Assembly: GCA_963422735.1 (NCBI GenBank)
Contig: OY730476.1
Location: forward strand, 1,728,001-1,792,000
Source of the DNA: Candidatus Latescibacterota bacterium
Lineage (GTDB): Bacteria; Latescibacterota; UBA2968; UBA8231
Direction of reading: 5' to 3'
Length of the DNA stretch: 64,000 nucleotides
The notes under the pieces are model-generated. The model saw only the letters and a list, made by a program, of their open reading frames with translations. It did not search any database and had not been told where the DNA came from. The translations under genes were made by a program, and so were the position numbers. Shown in pieces: positions 58,692 through 64,000 of this stretch (positions are counted from its first letter, which is position 1; each line of letters opens with the position of its first letter).

Positions 58692-59330
58692 TCACAATAT
58701 CCCGTAGCGATCAAAAACCTCCCTCGGCGACTGCCCCGCAGCTAGTTCATCCCGCACTACGTTTTCCCCGGCGAGCTTTTCCATGGCTTTTTTGTGGACC
58801 TCGCCTTTGATCGCCGCCGGGATCACGGCCACGCCGTCGTAGTCGGCTAGGATGAAATCGCCGGGGCGAACCTGCACACCGCCGCAGGTGATGGGTTGGT
58901 TGATCGTCTTGGCGAGGATGCGGCCCGCCGAGTCGAGCGGCGAATAGCCTTTGCAGAAACAGTGGTAGCCCATGGCGTTCATCTGGCGCACATCGCGGAC
59001 CAAGCCGTCGGTAAGCACGGATTCGACGCCGCGAGCTTGGGCGGCCGTGGAGAGCAGCTCGCCCCAGAGGCCGGAACGCTCTTCGCCGTTGGTGGCGATG
59101 ACGAAGACATCGCCGGGGCTAGTCTGATCGTAGGCGGCAAAAACTTGGCCGTAGGGATCCGGGTGGGGTTCGGTATCGGCGTACGCGTCGATGGTGAGGG
59201 CCGGACCGGCGATGTAGGCGTCGGGGCGGCTGGGCCGGATATCGGGCGTCATGGCCTGATCGCGGTAGCCGAGCTGGTCCATGATGTCGGCAACTAAAGC
59301 CGAGTAGATGGGCTTCCATGCGTCGTACAT
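58692..59330 (-). CDS. RraA/HMG-aldolase family protein
   Basis: GPALT, LWGELLS, DGLVRD, PGDFILADYDG. Confidence 0.88.
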   Translation of the reverse strand: MYDAWKPIYSALVADIMDQLGYRDQAMTPDIRPSRPDAYIAGPALTIDAYADTEPHPDPYGQVFAAYDQTSPGDVFVIATNGEERSGLWGELLSTAAQARGVESVLTDGLVRDVRQMNAMGYHCFCKGYSPLDSAGRILAKTINQPITCGGVQVRPGDFILADYDGVAVIPAAIKGEVHKKAMEKLAGENVVRDELAAGQSPREVFDRYGIL

Positions 59331-59353
59331 TTTTAATCTCCGTGTGTTCAGCG

Positions 59354-60652
59354 CTAATTCTCTTTCCTGCGTCCCCCATTAAAGGCGTCTGGCTTCTCGG
59401 TGCCCGAAGGCCAGTACCCGCTCGGATCTTCGCGCCACGGCGTCCCGCATAGCTCCGTCAAAACCCGCCACTCGGCCGCGCCCATGCCCTCTGGGTGAAA
59501 GACGAAGCGCTTGAGTCCGGCCGCCTCGGACGCCCGCAAAATGCCGAGTAGGTCGCGTACGGGCATGGGGTCGCCGGCGTGTGGCGTGCGACCGGTCGAG
59601 ACCCAGCAGATTACCTTGTCGGCACCGGCCGCCTCCAAAGCGCGGCGCGTTTCGCCGTACACGACCTCGCTGAAAAACTCGTCGGGAAAGCCGGCCTCCA
59701 AGTCAAAGAGCGTCCGCACCTGAGGTAGTTTGATGCCAAAAAGCGCCTCGACCACGGCAAAGGCGTCCTCCTCTGCCAGCCCCGGATTCCACTCCCCAAT
59801 CGTCTGCACCCAGCGCGCTAGTGTGCCGTAGAGGCCGTCAAAACCGCGATGCCAATAGTAGTGCTTGGGCAGTATATAATCGAAGTATTCGGCCATCCGC
59901 TCGTAGTCCTGCCCGGTCAACCCAGAGACGATGGCCGTGCGCGGGATCCCGCCCAGCTCAATTTTGCGCGAGGCTTGATCGACGATTGTGCGGGCTTCTA
60001 CCCAAGCGCGGCGCGACTTCTCCTGACGCATCCGCAACCAATACAGCCCGTCCTCGTCGAGGTCGATTAAGTTCAGCACCGAAAAGAGGCCGCCTTGGGC
60101 GAGGTAGCGCACCCGCTGGGGCGTCAGCCGACACAGAGCCTGCCGCAGATGGTCGATGCCGCGCTGCATCCGCCCGACATCGGCCCCCATGGCGGCAAAA
60201 AGCTGGTCTTCGCCGGGCCGGAGCTCCAAAAGCTCTCCGCCGTGATGGAACGCTAGCTCGTAGTGGTTTTCGCCGGGGCCGTCGATAATGACGCCTTTTA
60301 CTTGGGGGTAGAAAGCGATCAAGTCCTCCAGCCCGACTAGCCCGCCGCGGCCCATGCCAAAGGTCATAATCTGCCAGCCACGTGCCGCTGCGTCATCCAT
60401 CATGGCTTGAAGCTTTTTTTCCTTTTCTATATCGCGGGGTGTCTCCTCCGGCGGCTCGACGCCGTGCTCAGCATAGAGCTTGGGATTGGCCGGATAGCTG
60501 GAGATCACCGAACCATCGTCCTGCTTAAACTGCATGCGGCCGACGATAATGCCCTCGACGCCGCCTTCTTCCCAAGCGTCGAAGCGCTGCTGGTAGTCTT
60601 CGAGCCAGTGTTCGAGGGGCTGGTCGCTGTGGGTGAAGATCCAGAATTTCAC
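59354..60652 (-). CDS. Hypothetical protein
   Basis: 432-aa ORF with genome-typical codon usage, co-oriented within an operon. GGAGG SD before the GTG start. Confidence 0.75.
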   Translation of the reverse strand: MKFWIFTHSDQPLEHWLEDYQQRFDAWEEGGVEGIIVGRMQFKQDDGSVISSYPANPKLYAEHGVEPPEETPRDIEKEKKLQAMMDDAAARGWQIMTFGMGRGGLVGLEDLIAFYPQVKGVIIDGPGENHYELAFHHGGELLELRPGEDQLFAAMGADVGRMQRGIDHLRQALCRLTPQRVRYLAQGGLFSVLNLIDLDEDGLYWLRMRQEKSRRAWVEARTIVDQASRKIELGGIPRTAIVSGLTGQDYERMAEYFDYILPKHYYWHRGFDGLYGTLARWVQTIGEWNPGLAEEDAFAVVEALFGIKLPQVRTLFDLEAGFPDEFFSEVVYGETRRALEAAGADKVICWVSTGRTPHAGDPMPVRDLLGILRASEAAGLKRFVFHPEGMGAAEWRVLTELCGTPWREDPSGYWPSGTEKPDAFNGGRRKEN

Positions 60653-60662
60653 AAGGGCCTCC

Positions 60663-61496
60663 TTAGCGGTCTAACCACTTGTAAGCGATCTTGCCGTTTT
60701 TCCAGAAGTACTTGTCCGCCACGCCCTTTTCGCCAAAGTACGCTTTGACGATGGAGATGGCGGCCTCAAAACTCCCCGCCCGATCGCTGACGGGCCAATT
60801 GCTGCCGTAGATCACGCGGTCTGCGCCAAAGGCGTCCCACATCGCGTCGAGGATTGGGCGATAAAAATCCAGCTCTTCCGGTGCCGGATCTACCCTGCTT
60901 TGCTCCATGATCGCCGAGACCTTCACAAAGACCTGCGGTTGCTCGGCCGCTTGGGCGATGGCGTCCAACCACGCCGGATCGGGATCGCCGCCGTCGGTCC
61001 CTACCCCACCACAGTGGTTGATGACGATGCGCAATTCGGGCAGTCGCCGGGCCAGTTCGGACACTTGGCCCAAGTCCGCCGGCCCCACCAGCGCGTCGAG
61101 CTGCAAGTCCCGCGCGACGAGGTGCTCCATGTCAGCGAGAAAAGACCCGGCCTCCAAGTCGGCAAAATACCCGCTGCCACAGCGAATGCCGCGGAAAAGC
61201 GCGTTTGCCGCAAGGCGGTCAATGTCGCTTTTGAAAGCCGCTCGGTTGGGATCGACATGGCCCACCAACCCGACGATATAGGAGTCGGCGGCGGCCAAAT
61301 CCAAAATCCACTGATTGTCTGCCAGCCATGCACTGGCCTCCACCACCACTGTCCCGGTCACCCCTTCGGGCGCGGCGAGAGCGCGGTGATGCTCGGGCAA
61401 TACCGTGCGGTAGAGCAGCGCGTTGTCGGCTGGCGGCCAAGGTACCCCTTCGGGCCGGGTGGGATCGTAGAAATGGGTATGGGTGTCGATGATCAC
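60663..61496 (-). CDS. Amidohydrolase family (lactonase-like)
   Basis: IDTHTHFYD, VINHCG, VKVS, YGSNWP. GTG start after AGAAAGGA. Confidence 0.88.
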   Translation of the reverse strand: MIIDTHTHFYDPTRPEGVPWPPADNALLYRTVLPEHHRALAAPEGVTGTVVVEASAWLADNQWILDLAAADSYIVGLVGHVDPNRAAFKSDIDRLAANALFRGIRCGSGYFADLEAGSFLADMEHLVARDLQLDALVGPADLGQVSELARRLPELRIVINHCGGVGTDGGDPDPAWLDAIAQAAEQPQVFVKVSAIMEQSRVDPAPEELDFYRPILDAMWDAFGADRVIYGSNWPVSDRAGSFEAAISIVKAYFGEKGVADKYFWKNGKIAYKWLDR

Positions 61497-61531
61497 GATG
61501 CGTTCCTTTCTGTCATAGTGGTTGGCTCCGA

Positions 61532-62569
61532 TCATTCGGTCGGAGGGAGAAGCGTTTCGATCAGCGTCGCAAACGCCTCTATATCCCCTGCCTCGGTATC
61601 GAACGAGGTCATCCAGCGCACCTCGCCCCGATTCCAAGGATAAAAGAAAAACTCCTGCTGCAAAATGGGAATCACCTCCACCGGCAACCGGGCGAAGACG
61701 GCGTTGGACTGCACTGGGTAGATCACCTCCACCCCGCGAATGGGCCGCACTCGCTCTGCCAGCACCTGAGCCATGGCATTGGCGTGCTGGGCGCTCCGAC
61801 GCCACAGGTCGTCGGTCAACAGGGCCGTAAACTGCGCGGCGACAAAGCGCATCTTAGAGGCCAGTTGCATCCCCTGCTTGCGCGCCCGGCGATAGTGCAC
61901 GGCCAACTCAGGCTCAAAGAAGACCACAGCTTCCCCCAGCATCAGGCCGTTCTTGGTGCCGCCAAACGACAGCACATCGACCCCGCAATCCCCGGTGACC
62001 TCCCGCAGTTCCAAGCCCAAGCTCACGGCTGCGTTGGCGATCCGCGCCCCATCGACGTGCAGGAGCAACCCGTGTTCGTGGGCGCAGTCGGCGAGGGCAC
62101 AGATCTCGCTGGGTGCATAGACGGTGCCCAATTCGGTGGACTGAGTAATCGACACCACGCGGGGGCGCACTTGGTGCTCGTCGCCGCGAGCCGCAATGTG
62201 TGCAGCGACTCCCTCGGGAGTGATTTTGCCGTCGGGCGCGGGCGCGGGCAGGAGCTTGACGCCGGCCACCTGTTCGGGGGCACCGCATTCGTCGATGTGG
62301 AGGTGGGCCGTGTCCGAGCAGATCACCGCGTCGCAAAAGCGCGTGAGTGCGGAGAGGGCCGTAACATTGGCTCCGGTGCCGTTGAACACAAAGAAAACCT
62401 CTACCTCCGATCCCAACACCTCGCGAAAAAGCGCGACAGCTTCGGCCGTGTGGGGATCGTCCCCATAGGAATGCACGTGCCCCACGTTGACTCGCTGTAA
62501 GGCCGCCATGACCTCGGGGTGGACCCCAGCGTGATTGTCGCTGCCAAAGCCGCGAATGCGCTCGCCCAT
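61532..62569 (-). CDS. ltaE: Low-specificity L-threonine aldolase
   Basis: FGSDN, NGTGAN, HVDGAR, FGGTKNG, SKMRF. Confidence 0.9.
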   Translation of the reverse strand: MGERIRGFGSDNHAGVHPEVMAALQRVNVGHVHSYGDDPHTAEAVALFREVLGSEVEVFFVFNGTGANVTALSALTRFCDAVICSDTAHLHIDECGAPEQVAGVKLLPAPAPDGKITPEGVAAHIAARGDEHQVRPRVVSITQSTELGTVYAPSEICALADCAHEHGLLLHVDGARIANAAVSLGLELREVTGDCGVDVLSFGGTKNGLMLGEAVVFFEPELAVHYRRARKQGMQLASKMRFVAAQFTALLTDDLWRRSAQHANAMAQVLAERVRPIRGVEVIYPVQSNAVFARLPVEVIPILQQEFFFYPWNRGEVRWMTSFDTEAGDIEAFATLIETLLPPTE

Positions 62570-62662
62570 TATTGCCAGTGCCTTTCTCTGTTGTGTGTTT
62601 TACTACTTAGGTTGTCGTCTCGTCGGGGGTTGCCCCTCAAGTCCCTCCCGATGAAACGATTT

Positions 62663-63513
62663 CTAATCACGCACGCATAGCCTGAACCGCAGCTTTTCGT
62701 TCAACTTTTCCACGAACGCATCTTTGTTCGGCACCGCGGGGTTGCTTCGCATGGCTTGATATACCTCCTCAACGGTGGTCGATATGAAGCGAGTAGGTGT
62801 CAACGTCAAACGATCGCCGTTTGGCACCATGTCGTACAGCGCGAATGCGGAAGCGTATTTCGGTGAAAATCCATCCTTCTTGAAGCCGTATCGGGAGACC
62901 AAGTTCGCATAAATATACTCCTGTATAACCCAGTAGCACTTCGAGTCCCAGGCCTCGTACACGATGCCTTTATTCATCAGTTGAGTGATGGCGCGCTTTA
63001 TCGAGTCGTAGGTATTCATCCCAAACTTGTAGGATTGACTCTGTAAGTTGCTCCCTTCGTAGAAATCGCATATTCCGCGAACCAACTCTCCGGTTTGCGT
63101 CGTAGAGTCGGACTGAAATTCGACGGCGACAAATTCATCCACCGTAGATTGCATTGGTTTGTGTTTGGTTATGACGTAATCAATGTTGCCCACGTTCGGC
63201 AGGCGGACTTCAGGAAAAACAACGATATTGTCCGTATTGCCAAAATGGTGTACTGCAATGTCTTCCAAAACCCGGGCCACCCCGGCGAGCGAGCCGCGTT
63301 CCTCAAAGCGATGCGGGCAAATTGCGTGGATCTCGCCGTCGTACTCCACGGAACAGACACCAAAAGGAAAGTCAATCAGCCGGCTTTCCTTGTTGCACCG
63401 CTTTTCTCGGAACGGGCACCGATGATCTCGGCGAGCGTTTCGCGCTACATCGGAGCGATTCCCGACCGGGTACCCAAAATTTCCGCCGGCCGTCTGCCCA
63501 AGTTCTCAGCCAT
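62663..63513 (-). pseudogene. NotI-like restriction endonuclease, frameshifted near its 5' end
   Basis: Adding one T to the T4 run (63479-63476) gives MAENLGRRPAEIFGYP..CPF..CNK..GVCS..ICPHRF (Cys4), continuing into GNIDYV..AVEFQS. Confidence 0.75.
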
Positions 63514-64000
63514 CTGTTCCCTCCCGAATGAGGCTTTTCCAAGCGGCGCGAATTTCGCCCGGCGAGAATGCACTTTCCAACAACCAGCCCAGCGTTGCGC
63601 CGCATTGCCGGCAAAACGTTTCGCTGTCATTGGTGTCAATAGCGTCCAAGGGCGTCCACGGAGTGGATAGTCTGTTGCCGTCGAGAGCAAAAACCAAAAC
63701 GCTGTCGTGCCGGATTGAGTTCAAGTTGCGGATGTGTACTGAGATAGGATGTTCGGAATACACTACGTAAGCGTTCATCAGCCTAAACCCAGCGCTTTTG
63801 AGAGCCAACGTGAGTTCGGCCCACGCTCTAGGATCCCAGTGGTGAAAAGTAAACACCATCCGCCCGGTCTGCTTCTTTAGAACGCGCCCGCACTCTGCGA
63901 AAATCCCCGCGAGCACTCTCATAAAATTGCTGGCACCAGCGGTCGCTTTTGTCGCGACAGCACTGTCGGATTCGTCGTAACTCCATTCGGCCTCGTCGGG
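63506..64000 (-). CDS. C-terminal part of an adenine-specific DNA methyltransferase (DUF1156-like), 5' end outside window
   Basis: Open from the right edge. FAECGRVLK..GRMVFTFHH..AW..L..AGF. Overlaps the endonuclease start. Confidence 0.7.
   Translation of the reverse strand, partial: PDEAEWSYDESDSAVATKATAGASNFMRVLAGIFAECGRVLKKQTGRMVFTFHHWDPRAWAELTLALKSAGFRLMNAYVVYSEHPISVHIRNLNSIRHDSVLVFALDGNRLSTPWTPLDAIDTNDSETFCRQCGATLGWLLESAFSPGEIRAAWKSLIREGTDG

Overview
GC-rich bacterial chromosomal window. It mixes housekeeping and repair genes (topB, tag, comM/yifB, EndoQ-UvrD, murB, rfbA, moaA, glcF, coxD/E/xdhC) with catabolic genes, including five PhyH-family dioxygenases, a pattern typical of sponge-associated or other uncultured heterotrophs (lineage not determinable here). 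It also carries decaying accessory DNA: R-M and toxin-antitoxin relics, an IS5 fragment and a ~200-bp MITE family. The main result is missing from the supplied ORF track because it runs off the left edge. Manual translation of the minus strand from 3092 to the edge gives 1030 stop-free codons encoding a single polypeptide with the core motifs of RNA polymerase beta followed by beta' (including DFDGD). It lacks the lobe, flap, beta' zinc-binding domain and apparently the trigger loop. Its start codon overlaps the stop codon of an ECF sigma factor gene that has an ECF-type promoter and no anti-sigma gene in the window. This ECF sigma plus miniature fused RNAP operon is the best candidate for an undescribed system. 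All family assignments are from motif recognition by eye, not database searches.
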